A DNA stretch of 53,867 nt from a virus (Duplodnaviria; Caudoviricetes), in IMG/VR virus record IMGVR_UViG_3300032265_000458, positions 1-53,867 of that record; one strand, given 5' to 3'. A program made the position numbers and the translations under genes. Each line of letters starts with the position of its first letter. Positions within the stretch are counted from its first letter, which is position 1. Positions 38,669 to 48,857 of this stretch are shown here, piece by piece. A model generated the notes under the pieces. The model worked only from the letters and a program-made list of their open reading frames with translations, made no database searches and was not told the origin of the DNA.

Positions 38669-39196
38669 ATGAATAGAAAACTAGACGAAGCACTCTGTGC
38701 AAAGTATCCGCTAATCTTTAAAGATCGCAATGAGAATATGATGCACACAGCCATGTGCTGGGGTTTCTCACATGGTGATGGTTGGTATAATATCATTGAT
38801 ACTCTTTGTGGTTTATTGACAAGCGATTATCGTAGCGCAAAAAGTCGTTATGAACATCTTGTAGAAATTGGTGTTGGTAATGTTCTTTATGGAACAAAAA
38901 CAGTAACGCAAGAAGCGATTGACGAAGCCAAAGTAAAATTAGATGAAGAATCAACTAAGGTTCCAGTTGCTGTTCAAGTAAAAGAAAAGTTTGGTGGGCT
39001 GCGTTTCTATGTGCAAGCAGCAACAGATAAACACTATAACTACATTAATTTCGCAGAGTCAATGAGTTATCGTACTTGCGAACAATGCGGTGCTCCAGGT
39101 AAAACTTATACTGATGGTTGGCATCGTACTTTGTGCGATATCCACGCAGAGATGGCTGGCAAAACTGAAGAATATGAGTATGAGGAGAATGAATAA
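38669..39196 (+). CDS. Conserved phage hypothetical protein, putative Zn-binding
   Basis: QVKEKFGGLRFY; CEQCG...TLCDIH. Confidence 0.7.
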   Translation: MNRKLDEALCAKYPLIFKDRNENMMHTAMCWGFSHGDGWYNIIDTLCGLLTSDYRSAKSRYEHLVEIGVGNVLYGTKTVTQEAIDEAKVKLDEESTKVPVAVQVKEKFGGLRFYVQAATDKHYNYINFAESMSYRTCEQCGAPGKTYTDGWHRTLCDIHAEMAGKTEEYEYEENE

Positions 39197-39564
39197 TGTT
39201 TTACGGTAAAGATATGGTTGAAGAAAACTTTGACATTCTCCTAAAGAAATTGGGAGAACAAGAATTGTTTCTATTTGAACCAATGCCAAATTATAAAAAT
39301 GGTGAACGATGGACTGATGAATTTCGTATTCGTGATGGTCATACTAAACTCGCTGATGGTTCTTGGGTAACTATTATTAAAGTAACTACATGGGTTGAAA
39401 AACTCAAGAAAGATACTGTAGAGTTGTATGAACAAAATCAAAAACGATATGGTGAGATTGAGTTGTTGAAACAACAACGATATGAAATGGAATATGGATT
39501 GCGAGTTGCTGAAAAAGCATTGAAAAACTCGCTGGCTTTAACTAAGGAGATGATTAATGAGTAA
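39196..39564 (+). CDS. Hypothetical protein
   Basis: Coupled ORF with C-terminal coiled coil. Confidence 0.6.
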   Translation: MFYGKDMVEENFDILLKKLGEQELFLFEPMPNYKNGERWTDEFRIRDGHTKLADGSWVTIIKVTTWVEKLKKDTVELYEQNQKRYGEIELLKQQRYEMEYGLRVAEKALKNSLALTKEMINE

Positions 39565-39862
39565 GTATGTTTTGGTTGACGCATTAATTCAATATCGCAT
39601 GCGTTATATAATTGAAGTACCTGATAACCATAACGATGGTGAGTATCCTTGTACTGCTGAACAGTGGGCAGCTGATACAGTTACGTCAGAAGAATACGTT
39701 GAGTTTTCTCAACTGTATCTTGGAGAAACAATTCTAAGCACTCGTGAGATTGCCAAGGAAGAAATTATTCCACTATGCGATCAAGATAATGAATACCTTA
39801 GTACATGGACTGATGAACAGAAAATGAATTTAGTAACACCGATTGGTTATAAAGGCGACTAA
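39557..39862 (+). CDS. Hypothetical protein
   Basis: AAGGAG SD; acidic. Confidence 0.6.
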   Translation: MSKYVLVDALIQYRMRYIIEVPDNHNDGEYPCTAEQWAADTVTSEEYVEFSQLYLGETILSTREIAKEEIIPLCDQDNEYLSTWTDEQKMNLVTPIGYKGD

Positions 39863-39863
39863 C

Positions 39864-40436
39864 TTGTTTATTCTTGATATTGAAACTCTGGGTATTGAAT
39901 CAGATTGTGCCATCTTATCGGTGGCACTAATTCATTTTGAACCAGCAAACCAACCTACCTACAAAGATCTACTTGATGAAGCATGCTTTGTTAAGTTAAA
40001 TGCCAAAGATCAAGTAGACAGGTTGCATAGAACTGTATGTCAAGATACACTTGAATGGTGGAAGAAAATCCATCCATATATTCGTCAAGTTAGTTTTGAT
40101 CGCTCACCAGATGATTTACTTGCAGAAGATGGCATTGCAATCCTTAAGAAATATATTGCAAAGTATCCAGACTCTGACAAGAAAACTTTCTGGACACGTG
40201 GTTCGTTGGATCAAATGGCAATGGATTCGTTATGTGTTAAACTTGACATAAAACCCCTAGCAGGGTATAATATGTATAGGGATGTGAGAACAGCCATTGA
40301 TTGTTTCAGTGGTTCGACTAATGGCTACTGCGCTGTAGACCATCCAACATTCCAAAGAGCAGAGGTTATCAAACATCACCCTGTTCATGATTGTGCTCTC
40401 GATGCTATGATGTTAATGTACTGGAAAGAAAATTAA
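39864..40436 (+). CDS. dexA: DEDDh 3'-5' exonuclease (DexA-like)
   Basis: LDIETLG, WTRG..D, RDVRT, HHPVHDCALD. Confidence 0.85.
   Translation: MFILDIETLGIESDCAILSVALIHFEPANQPTYKDLLDEACFVKLNAKDQVDRLHRTVCQDTLEWWKKIHPYIRQVSFDRSPDDLLAEDGIAILKKYIAKYPDSDKKTFWTRGSLDQMAMDSLCVKLDIKPLAGYNMYRDVRTAIDCFSGSTNGYCAVDHPTFQRAEVIKHHPVHDCALDAMMLMYWKEN
40243..40271 (+). promoter_or_regulatory. Sigma70 promoter embedded in dexA, upstream of gp43
   Basis: TTGACA-N17-TATAAT exact. Confidence 0.75.
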
Positions 40437-42922
40437 TGCAATTTTATACTCATGTATTTCCTTGGGGCAACAAAATGCTGGTCAGGGGATATGAGAATGA
40501 TAGACCCTTTAGCAGAAAAATAGATTTCTTCCCAACTCTTTATGTAACATCAAATAAAGAAAGTAAGTGGAGAACACTTGACGGACAAGTTGTTGATGAG
40601 ATTAAGCCAGGAACCATTAAAGAAACACGTGAATTCGTGGATCGATATAAAGAGGTTGCTGGCTTTCAAGTTTATGGCAACACTAATTATGTTCACCAAT
40701 ACATCAGTGACACATATGAAAGTGATATTCGTTTTGACATGGAGAAGATTAAAGTCTTCACTATCGATATCGAAACTGCAGTTGAAGATGGGTTTCCTGA
40801 TGTAAGACGTGCCAGCGAAGAAGTTCTTCTCATCACAATTAAAGACAGTCAATCTAAACAGATCGCTACCTTTGGTACACGATCGTTTGAAAACAACAAC
40901 AAACAAGTCACCTATGTTCAGTGTAATAATGAACAACATATGCTCAAGGAGTTTATGATTTGGTGGCAACAGAATTATCCTGATGTTATCACAGGTTGGA
41001 ACACAGGGTTCTTTGATATTCCATATCTACTTAAACGTATTACCAATGAACTTGGTGAAACAATCGCATCTAAGTTTTCTCCATGGGGTATTATCAATGA
41101 ACGTAAGATTTTTGTTATGGGTAAGGAAGAAACATCATATGATGTTCAAGGTATCTCACAACTTGATTACCTAGATCTGTATAAGAAGTTTACTTATCAG
41201 AAACAAGAATCATATCGTCTTGACTTTATCGCAAGTGAAGAACTTGGCGATGCCAAGAAAGAAAATCCAGGTGATTCTTTCAAAGAGTTTTATACCAATC
41301 ACTGGCAAAAGTTTGTTGAGTACAACATTCATGACGTAGAGTTGGTTGATAAACTTGAAGACAAGATGCGTCTGATTGAACTTTGTTTGACTATGGCGTA
41401 TAATGCCAAGATCAATTATGAAGATGTGTTCTCTCAAGTACGTATGTGGGATGCTATTGCTTACAATCATTTGCGTAAGAAGAAGATTGCTATTCCGCAT
41501 AACAATCGTTCCAGCAAAGCAGAAGCATTTGAAGGTGCGTTCGTTAAGGATCCTATCGTTGGTCTACATAAGTGGGTTGCTTCGTTTGACTTGAACTCAT
41601 TGTATCCTCACTTGATTATGCAGTATAACATTTCACCAGAGACATTGACATCTGAAAAGATTCCTTGTAATGTTGAGAAACTTTTAAAGCAAGAAATTGA
41701 TACCACGTATGTTAAGCAACGTGACCTTGCGCTGACTGCAAATGGTTGGACATATACTAAAGAATACAAAGGGTTCTTACCTGAACTCATGGAGAAGATG
41801 TATACAGACCGAAGCAAATTCAAGAAGCAGATGTTAAAAGCTGAACAGGAATATCAGAATGATAAATCCAAGAAACACTTACTCAAAGATATCTCTCGCC
41901 TGAACAACCTTCAGATGGCAATGAAGATTGCTTTGAACTCAGCTTATGGTGCATTGGGTAATCAGTATTTCCGATACTTTGATATCCGTATGGCTGAAGG
42001 TATTACTACGTCAGGTCAACTGTCTATTCGTTGGATGGCTAACGAGTTTAATCGTTACATGAATAAAGCATTGAAGACAGAAGGTAAAGACTTTGTTATT
42101 GCCATCGATACAGATTCGATTTATCTAACACTTGAAGAACTTGTTGAAAGAACTTGCGAAGGTAAGACTGACGAACAAAAGATCAAGTATATGGATAAAG
42201 TTTGTGAAGATATCTTCCAACCTTTTATTGATCAAACATATCAAAAATTAGCAGACTATATGAATGCGTATAGTCAAAAGATGCAAATGAAACGTGAGGT
42301 ACTTGCAGATAAAGCAATCTGGACTGCTAAGAAACGATACATATTAAACGTACACAATTCTGAAGGAGTACAGTATGCGCAACCTAAACTCAAAGTTATG
42401 GGCTTGGAGATGGTCAAGTCGAGTACACCTGCTGTTATTCGCAACAAACTTAAAGATTCGATACAAGTTATTCTGCAGGGCAGCGAGACAGCACTTCAAG
42501 CGTACATAATGAAATTCCGTGAGGAGTTTAACAAACTTCCACTGGAGGACATTGCTTTCCCACGTGGTGTGAACAATCTAAAACAATATACAGGTTCTCC
42601 CATCTACACAAAGGGAACACCGATTCATGTAAGAGGTTCATTACTTTACAATCATCACATCAAACGTATGGGATTGGAAAAGAAGTATGAGCCAATTAAA
42701 GAAGGTGAGAAGATTCGATTTGTATATGTCAAGAAACCAAACCCATTTAATGAAGATGTGATTGCATTCCCGCAAGCATTGCCAAAAGAATTTGGTCTGC
42801 ATGAATTTATTGATTATGATTTGCAATTTGAAAAGACTTTCTTAGATGCTGTTCAGATTGTTATTAAATCATTGGGATGGAACGTAGAACATAAAGCATC
42901 ATTGGAGGATTTCTTTGGATAA
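40436..42922 (+). CDS. gp43: Family B DNA polymerase
   Basis: DIET, GWN..FD, SFDLNSLYP, KIALNSAYG, IDTDS, KKRY; C-terminal KASLEDFFG. Confidence 0.98.
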   Translation: MQFYTHVFPWGNKMLVRGYENDRPFSRKIDFFPTLYVTSNKESKWRTLDGQVVDEIKPGTIKETREFVDRYKEVAGFQVYGNTNYVHQYISDTYESDIRFDMEKIKVFTIDIETAVEDGFPDVRRASEEVLLITIKDSQSKQIATFGTRSFENNNKQVTYVQCNNEQHMLKEFMIWWQQNYPDVITGWNTGFFDIPYLLKRITNELGETIASKFSPWGIINERKIFVMGKEETSYDVQGISQLDYLDLYKKFTYQKQESYRLDFIASEELGDAKKENPGDSFKEFYTNHWQKFVEYNIHDVELVDKLEDKMRLIELCLTMAYNAKINYEDVFSQVRMWDAIAYNHLRKKKIAIPHNNRSSKAEAFEGAFVKDPIVGLHKWVASFDLNSLYPHLIMQYNISPETLTSEKIPCNVEKLLKQEIDTTYVKQRDLALTANGWTYTKEYKGFLPELMEKMYTDRSKFKKQMLKAEQEYQNDKSKKHLLKDISRLNNLQMAMKIALNSAYGALGNQYFRYFDIRMAEGITTSGQLSIRWMANEFNRYMNKALKTEGKDFVIAIDTDSIYLTLEELVERTCEGKTDEQKIKYMDKVCEDIFQPFIDQTYQKLADYMNAYSQKMQMKREVLADKAIWTAKKRYILNVHNSEGVQYAQPKLKVMGLEMVKSSTPAVIRNKLKDSIQVILQGSETALQAYIMKFREEFNKLPLEDIAFPRGVNNLKQYTGSPIYTKGTPIHVRGSLLYNHHIKRMGLEKKYEPIKEGEKIRFVYVKKPNPFNEDVIAFPQALPKEFGLHEFIDYDLQFEKTFLDAVQIVIKSLGWNVEHKASLEDFFG

Positions 42923-43469
42923 TATTAAAGTAATTCGCACAGGACTTAACGTCACAAAAATACTTTCACAACTCAAACAGTATAAATCTGATTGGGGTGC
43001 TGAGACAAAGATTGATGGAACTTCCAACGTACATAAAGATTTTGGTTTTCCTGTTCTTGCAGCTGGCGTATTACAGTTGGTAATGGGTGCAGTAACTAAG
43101 GTTGGAGATTATGTTGGCGATTCTGAGGTATCAGTAAAAACTCCAGCATATGACAGACACACAGAAGTTGTAGGATTTATGAAGAGACATTTCCACAAAC
43201 ACGATCGTTGTGGGTTTTTATCACTACCAGTTGGTGGCGCAGTTGGTAAGCATATTGATGTGGGTAGCTACTATCAAACTCGAGATCGTTATCATTTATC
43301 CATTGCAGGTAGATACAAATATATGGTAGGTGATGAAGAATACATAGTAGAACCAGGAACTTTGTTGTGGTTCAATAATAAGTTATTGCATGGAACAGAG
43401 AATGTTGGGAATGAGGTTAGGATTACATTTGTATTTGATGTTCCTCACAATAAAAAGAATCCAAAATAA
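42915..43469 (+). CDS. 2OG-Fe(II) oxygenase, Asp/Asn beta-hydroxylase-like
   Basis: HID, RYHLSI, WFNNKLLHGTEN, RITFVFD. Confidence 0.8.
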   Translation: MDNIKVIRTGLNVTKILSQLKQYKSDWGAETKIDGTSNVHKDFGFPVLAAGVLQLVMGAVTKVGDYVGDSEVSVKTPAYDRHTEVVGFMKRHFHKHDRCGFLSLPVGGAVGKHIDVGSYYQTRDRYHLSIAGRYKYMVGDEEYIVEPGTLLWFNNKLLHGTENVGNEVRITFVFDVPHNKKNPK

Positions 43470-43471
43470 AG

Positions 43472-43500
43472 TTTACAAAAATACAAATATCGTGTATAAT
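43472..43500 (+). promoter_or_regulatory. Early promoter for thioredoxin-uvsX
   Basis: TTTACA-N17-TATAAT. Confidence 0.8.
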
Positions 43501-43518
43501 TAATCTACTGGAGAATAA

Positions 43519-43770
43519 ATGAAAGCATTAAAATTTTATACTGAATGGTGTAGTTCTTGCAAACTACTATCTCAAACTATTGAAAAAGCTGGCGATAAAA
43601 TCACAGTAGAAGTTGAAGATGTGAATATTGATACTTGTGGATCTCGTTCATCTGAATATTATATTCGATCTATTCCAACAATGGTACTACTCAATGATGA
43701 GGGTAAAGAAATAAAACGTCAAACTGGCAATATGGACGAAAGAACATTGCTAGCATTCCTGAAAGGATAA
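43519..43770 (+). CDS. Thioredoxin-like protein
   Basis: FYTEWCSSCK (CxxC), IRSIPT. Confidence 0.85.
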   Translation: MKALKFYTEWCSSCKLLSQTIEKAGDKITVEVEDVNIDTCGSRSSEYYIRSIPTMVLLNDEGKEIKRQTGNMDERTLLAFLKG

Positions 43771-43771
43771 C

Positions 43772-44842
43772 ATGAGTATTTTAGATAAAATTAAAAAGAA
43801 CACAACGATCAAAGATTCGGCTGTGCTTAATGTTTCAAAGTTCTTCACAAAGAAGGATATGATCCCAACGTCAGTACCAGCAATCAATATTGCTTTGTCT
43901 GGTCGTCTTGATGGCGGACTTACCCCAGGAATTACAATGTGGGCTGGTCCATCAAAGCATTTTAAAACTGCTTTCAGTTTGTTGATGGCAAAATCTTACA
44001 TGGACAAATATGAAGACGCTGCTTTATTGTTTTATGACTCTGAGTTTGGTACTCCTCAGTCTTACTTCGATAGTTTTGGGATTGACACCAGTCGAGTTGT
44101 CCATACTCCCCTTACTGATGTTGAGCAATTAAAATTCGATATTATGAATCAGCTACAGAGTGTTGAACGTGGCGATCATTTGATTATTGTTATTGATTCG
44201 ATTGGTAATTTGGCTTCAAAGAAAGAAGTTGAAGACGCACTTGATCAAAAGTCTGTTGGCGATATGACTCGTGCAAAACAGATGAAGTCATTGTTCCGTA
44301 TGGTAACACCGCACTTGAACTTAAAAGATATTCCGATGGTTGTTGTGAACCATACATATATGGAGATCGGTATGTTCCCTAAAGCCATCGTTGGTGGTGG
44401 AACTGGTGCCATGTATTCAGCAGATAATGTATACATCCTTGGTCGTCAACAAGAAAAAGAAGGTACTGAAATTGTTGGATATAACTTTATTATTAACGTA
44501 GAGAAGAGTCGTTATGTTCGTGAAAAATCTAAAATTCCTGTTACTGTATATCATGATGGTGGTATTAGCCGTTGGTCAGGTCTGCTTGATATTGCACTTG
44601 AATCTGGACATGTGGTTAAACCTTCCAATGGCTGGTATTCTAAAGTAGACATGGAGACTGGTGTTATTGAAGACAAGAAGTATCGTGTCAAAGATACAGA
44701 TACAAAAGACTTCTGGATGCCAGTAATGATGCAAAAGTCTTTCGTTGAGTTTGTAAAGAGTAAGTATCAAATCGGCTCAACTGATATCCTTAGAAACGAG
44801 GACATCGAAAAAGAATTGGCTGCAATTGATGACGAAGAATAA
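43772..44842 (+). CDS. uvsX: RecA-like recombinase UvsX
   Basis: AGPSKHFKT, FYDSEFG, IDSIGNLASKKE, VNHTY, GGGTG. Confidence 0.97.
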   Translation: MSILDKIKKNTTIKDSAVLNVSKFFTKKDMIPTSVPAINIALSGRLDGGLTPGITMWAGPSKHFKTAFSLLMAKSYMDKYEDAALLFYDSEFGTPQSYFDSFGIDTSRVVHTPLTDVEQLKFDIMNQLQSVERGDHLIIVIDSIGNLASKKEVEDALDQKSVGDMTRAKQMKSLFRMVTPHLNLKDIPMVVVNHTYMEIGMFPKAIVGGGTGAMYSADNVYILGRQQEKEGTEIVGYNFIINVEKSRYVREKSKIPVTVYHDGGISRWSGLLDIALESGHVVKPSNGWYSKVDMETGVIEDKKYRVKDTDTKDFWMPVMMQKSFVEFVKSKYQIGSTDILRNEDIEKELAAIDDEE

Positions 44843-45170
44843 CTTATTCAAATATGTTGTTGTAGAAAATCGCAACAATGGACATGATGCGATAAAGTTG
44901 ACAGAAAGTCCATTTGATGGTATAATTTATGAATATGGTAAGGTTTCGTTTGAAGAAAATGAAGAAGAGTCATCTTTGCATATCAAATTTGATTATGAGA
45001 TTATAGACTACAATAATAAAGTCCTTACCGATACCAAACCCTTCGAGAAATATATTGGAGACATTCTTCAAGAACTTCTACACGAAGGTGTAGCAAAAAA
45101 CAATTTAACGTACACAGGTGGTGTTGATGAGAATAGAACAGGCGATCTTAGCGAACCTGATTCACAATGA
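44829..45170 (+). CDS. Hypothetical protein at the T4 gp40 position
   Basis: Synteny uvsX-X-gp41. Confidence 0.55.
   Translation: MTKNNLFKYVVVENRNNGHDAIKLTESPFDGIIYEYGKVSFEENEEESSLHIKFDYEIIDYNNKVLTDTKPFEKYIGDILQELLHEGVAKNNLTYTGGVDENRTGDLSEPDSQ
44898..44926 (+). promoter_or_regulatory. Sigma70 promoter embedded upstream of gp41
   Basis: TTGACA-N17-TATAAT exact. Confidence 0.7.
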
Positions 45171-46521
45171 AGAATTTTGCCGTAAGGTAGTTCCTCATCT
45201 GAAGAAAGAATACTTTAGCGATAGAAAAGAATTAACCGCAGTAAAGATACTTTTAGATTTTTTTGAAAAGTATAACAAGCCAGCAACGCAAGAAATCCTA
45301 TCAATTGAGATTGGTAACATTAGCGGACTAACAGATAAAGAAGTTCCCGAGTATCAGAAGTTTGTCACAGAATTAAACAAGACAGAAACTAATGATGAGT
45401 GGTTGCTTTCTGAGACAGAGAAGTTTTGTAAAGACAAGGCAGTTTATAATGCAATCCTGCAATCAATCAAGATTATTGAAGGTAATGACAAGGTTCATCA
45501 GAAAGATGCGATTCCTTCTATTCTGTCTGATGCATTGGGTGTTTGCTTTGATAATCATGTTGGTCATGATTATATTGAAGATTCAGATGCTCGTTTTGAT
45601 TTTTATCACAGGGTGGAAGAGAAGATTGCTTTCGACTTGGACATGTTCAACAAAATCACCAAAGGTGGACTCTCAAGAAAGACTCTGAACATAGCACTGG
45701 CAGGAACTGGGGTTGGTAAATCTTTGTTTATGTGTCACGTTTCTGCTGGTGCTTTGATGCAAGGTAAGAATGTTTTATACATTACCATGGAGATGGCTGA
45801 GGAAAGAATCGCAGAACGTATTGATGCGAACTTACTTAACCTAACCATGGATGAATTGAAAGTAGTTGACAAAGATATCTTTGATACACGTCTGGGTAAA
45901 GTTGCTGCCAAGACTACAGGTAAGTTGGTGGTCAAAGAGTATCCAACTGCAGGTGCTCATGCTGGTCACTTCAGAGCATTGCTTGAAGAGTTGAGGATGA
46001 AGCGAGAGTTTACTCCTGATATTATTATGATTGACTATTTGAATATTTGTGCAAGCCAACGAATGAAGATGAGTCATGGTGTAAACTCTTATACATATAT
46101 CAAGAGTATTGCTGAAGAACTGCGTGGTCTTGCAGTTGAACATAATGTTCCAATTATTTCAGCAACTCAAACAACTCGATCTGGTTTTACAAACTCAGAT
46201 CCAGGATTGGAAGATACGTCAGAGTCATTTGGTTTACCAGCGACAGCTGACTTTATGTTTGCGTTAATTAGCAATGAAGAACTGGAAGGATTGAACCAGA
46301 TTATTGTTAAGCAGTTAAAGAATCGCTACAACGATCCAAGTTATTACAAGCGATTTGTTATTGGTATTGATAGATCAAAGATGAAGTTATATGATGTTGA
46401 ACTTTCTGCTCAAGAAAATTTGACAGATACTGGTAGTAAAGATGATAAACCAATCTTCGATAAAAGTGATTTCGGCAAACGAATACATAGTGAAGAGAAG
46501 TATGGTGGATTTAAGTTCTAG
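45127..46521 (+). CDS. gp41: Replicative DnaB-like helicase
   Basis: AGTGVGKS, ITMEMAEE, IDYLNI, ATQTTR, SESFGLPATAD, KQLKNRY. Confidence 0.97.
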   Translation: MRIEQAILANLIHNEEFCRKVVPHLKKEYFSDRKELTAVKILLDFFEKYNKPATQEILSIEIGNISGLTDKEVPEYQKFVTELNKTETNDEWLLSETEKFCKDKAVYNAILQSIKIIEGNDKVHQKDAIPSILSDALGVCFDNHVGHDYIEDSDARFDFYHRVEEKIAFDLDMFNKITKGGLSRKTLNIALAGTGVGKSLFMCHVSAGALMQGKNVLYITMEMAEERIAERIDANLLNLTMDELKVVDKDIFDTRLGKVAAKTTGKLVVKEYPTAGAHAGHFRALLEELRMKREFTPDIIMIDYLNICASQRMKMSHGVNSYTYIKSIAEELRGLAVEHNVPIISATQTTRSGFTNSDPGLEDTSESFGLPATADFMFALISNEELEGLNQIIVKQLKNRYNDPSYYKRFVIGIDRSKMKLYDVELSAQENLTDTGSKDDKPIFDKSDFGKRIHSEEKYGGFKF

Positions 46522-46530
46522 GAGAAAGAT

Positions 46531-47841
46531 ATGACAGTAAAAGTTATTATTGCTAAACAAAAATTTGATTGTAAACATCTGATGGGTCAGTTTGTTGACG
46601 AGAATCATTTTGATTTTCTTGTTGATGAAGACTGTGATGTTTACATGCCAGAGATTCCAGGATCACCTGAATTAACTGGAAGTGAAGAAAGAATCGTATT
46701 GAAGTTTCGTAAGAACTTTTTTACACAAGAACAACAAGACCAAGCGTATGCTGGTCTACGTGAAGCAGCAACCGAAACACAAAATCGTGGAGCTGCAGCT
46801 GGACCACGTGGTGAGAAGTTGGGTAATCGTGAATGGGTCACTGAGTATGAGTACGACATGGTGGAACATTTTCTAGATCCAAAGAATAGTTTGGACGGAG
46901 ATCCTGTTGCTGAAATTCGTGCACGACATGTTGGTAAACCACCATCACCATCTAATCGCAATAATGTTTGGTCAATCGATCGTGTCAAGAAAGACAAGTT
47001 TGTATTTGAAGATTGGGTCAACCGAGTTAAAGATCTTTCACTTCCTGAACAAAAGAAAGAAGCCAAGTATGTTGCCGATAAACTAATCTGCGCAACTACT
47101 TACGCTAACTCTGTATACTCTGGTATTGCTGGATGGTTTGATCGTTACCCACGTATCCCTTATGGTCGTGCTACTTCGTATACCTCAAGGAATCCTGAGA
47201 AGTTTGCTATGTCATATCCTTTCTTACAGCACTTGTCTGAAGGATTTAAAGAATTACTTCCTCAGCGATTCGCAGCACAGATGGAAGCAGCAAGCAAAGT
47301 TGATCCAAGGTTCTTAGTTCCAAATACTCCATTCACAACAGTAACTGTTAATAAAACCTTTAGAACTGCAGCACACTATGACGTGGGTGATTTAAATGCA
47401 GGGTTGTCTAATCTTTTAACTTTGTCACCAGATGGAAAATATACTGGCGCATATCTAGTAGCACCTGAGTATCGTATTGCTGTTAATCCACGTCCAGGTG
47501 ATTTGCTGTTGATTAATAATCACGAAGTAATGCATGGTAATACACCTATTGTTTGTGAAGAAGGTTCTGAGCGTATTTCATTGGTAGTTTATTTCCGTGA
47601 GAAAATGCTTGAACTTGGTTCGTTTGAATATGAAAACTGTCGTTATGATTTTGTTGAACATCGTAGACGTAATCACGAGCATCCAATGTGGCAAAAACTT
47701 TGGAATGGTGTATCAGAATCTATGTGGACTAGTCAAGAATGGTATGATTACTGCGAAGAAAAACTAGGTAAAGACGAGTTAATTAAATATCATCCAAAGT
47801 CGCAAGCATTGAAGAATGGCTTGGAAGAATTTTTCGGTTAA
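46531..47841 (+). CDS. JBP/TET-family 5-methylpyrimidine dioxygenase
   Basis: SGIAGWFDR, PFTTVTVNKTFRTAAHYDVGD (HxD), PGDLLL..NHEVMHGNTP, RISLVVYFR. Confidence 0.88.
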   Translation: MTVKVIIAKQKFDCKHLMGQFVDENHFDFLVDEDCDVYMPEIPGSPELTGSEERIVLKFRKNFFTQEQQDQAYAGLREAATETQNRGAAAGPRGEKLGNREWVTEYEYDMVEHFLDPKNSLDGDPVAEIRARHVGKPPSPSNRNNVWSIDRVKKDKFVFEDWVNRVKDLSLPEQKKEAKYVADKLICATTYANSVYSGIAGWFDRYPRIPYGRATSYTSRNPEKFAMSYPFLQHLSEGFKELLPQRFAAQMEAASKVDPRFLVPNTPFTTVTVNKTFRTAAHYDVGDLNAGLSNLLTLSPDGKYTGAYLVAPEYRIAVNPRPGDLLLINNHEVMHGNTPIVCEEGSERISLVVYFREKMLELGSFEYENCRYDFVEHRRRNHEHPMWQKLWNGVSESMWTSQEWYDYCEEKLGKDELIKYHPKSQALKNGLEEFFG

Positions 47842-47849
47842 GGAATATA

Positions 47850-48857
47850 ATGTCATTACATGAATTTTTAGGTGAAGAAAGATTGCTGGAATGGTTCTAT
47901 ACAAAGAACTCCCTCAATCTTGGAAAACGTGTTGGTTACCGTAGGGTCTCGGGTAAGATTGGTTTAACCAACAAAGAGAATGGTGTTCGTGGTGCTTGGG
48001 TGGAGAAACGTGTTGCTCTATTCAAGAACATGCTTGACTTTGGTCATAGAATTATTCCACTATCTGAACCAACTGATGCTACATCTGATGATGGCTTTAC
48101 ATCATTTGATACTTACCAAGAATGTGATGTTCTTATGCTTGAGTTTGGTGGAACTAATTTACAGTTCTATCAAAAGTATTGGGATAAAACTGTTGAGATG
48201 ATTAAGGCTCATAAGGGTCGTGTAATCTTTTTGAATGATGATCCAGATCTACCTTTCCTTTGGGAACTTTTGCCAGATGAAGATTGGTCACGTTGGACAA
48301 TTGCTGCCAATGCAACCAACTGTGCTGAAGTAGCAACGATTCTAAAGTGTCCTATCCATTCAACTACAGTTGATTTACCAATGGCTTCAGGTATGGAGTT
48401 TGCTAAGTTTCATGGTGGAACTATTGGAAAGATAATTTATATTGGTCGTCCAGGTGGTAGAACCAAATACTTCAAGATATTCACGTCTTCTCGTTATCTT
48501 CAAGTTGCAGGTAAAGAAGCTGAGTGGGAAGACTTTGACGCACTTACTATTTTACCAAACCCACAGCAACGAGATCGTCGTAAATTCTATCAAGACTTTT
48601 ATGGGTGTCTTGCAGTATATGATGACAAACATAAAAAATCTGGTTGGAGAACTGGTCGTGCTTATCATGCTCTTTATGCTGGTATTCCTGTCTGTGCTCC
48701 TGCAGGTAACAATGGTTTAAATTGGTGTTATCCATGTGATACTAAGGAACATCTAGATAAGTTTGCAAGTTATTCTGAAGAGATCCGTCAGGCTATTTGG
48801 CAGAAACAAAAAGCCATTGTTGAAAAGACAGGTAAAGTTGATCCCCTAATTCTATGA
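47850..48857 (+). CDS. GT-B glycosyltransferase resembling T4 DNA beta-glucosyltransferase
   Basis: Colinear blocks matching remembered T4 BGT: KGRVIFLNDDPDLPF vs KSKIYYLFTDIRLPF; IIYIGRPGGR vs VIYGGSFRSGQR; TGRAYHAL vs TLRVWETM; similar length. Confidence 0.7.
   Translation: MSLHEFLGEERLLEWFYTKNSLNLGKRVGYRRVSGKIGLTNKENGVRGAWVEKRVALFKNMLDFGHRIIPLSEPTDATSDDGFTSFDTYQECDVLMLEFGGTNLQFYQKYWDKTVEMIKAHKGRVIFLNDDPDLPFLWELLPDEDWSRWTIAANATNCAEVATILKCPIHSTTVDLPMASGMEFAKFHGGTIGKIIYIGRPGGRTKYFKIFTSSRYLQVAGKEAEWEDFDALTILPNPQQRDRRKFYQDFYGCLAVYDDKHKKSGWRTGRAYHALYAGIPVCAPAGNNGLNWCYPCDTKEHLDKFASYSEEIRQAIWQKQKAIVEKTGKVDPLIL

Noticed and set aside
40436-46521. Introns or inteins in gp43, uvsX or gp41 (also checked gp17, gp20, gp23)
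   Set aside because: All are uninterrupted and of normal length
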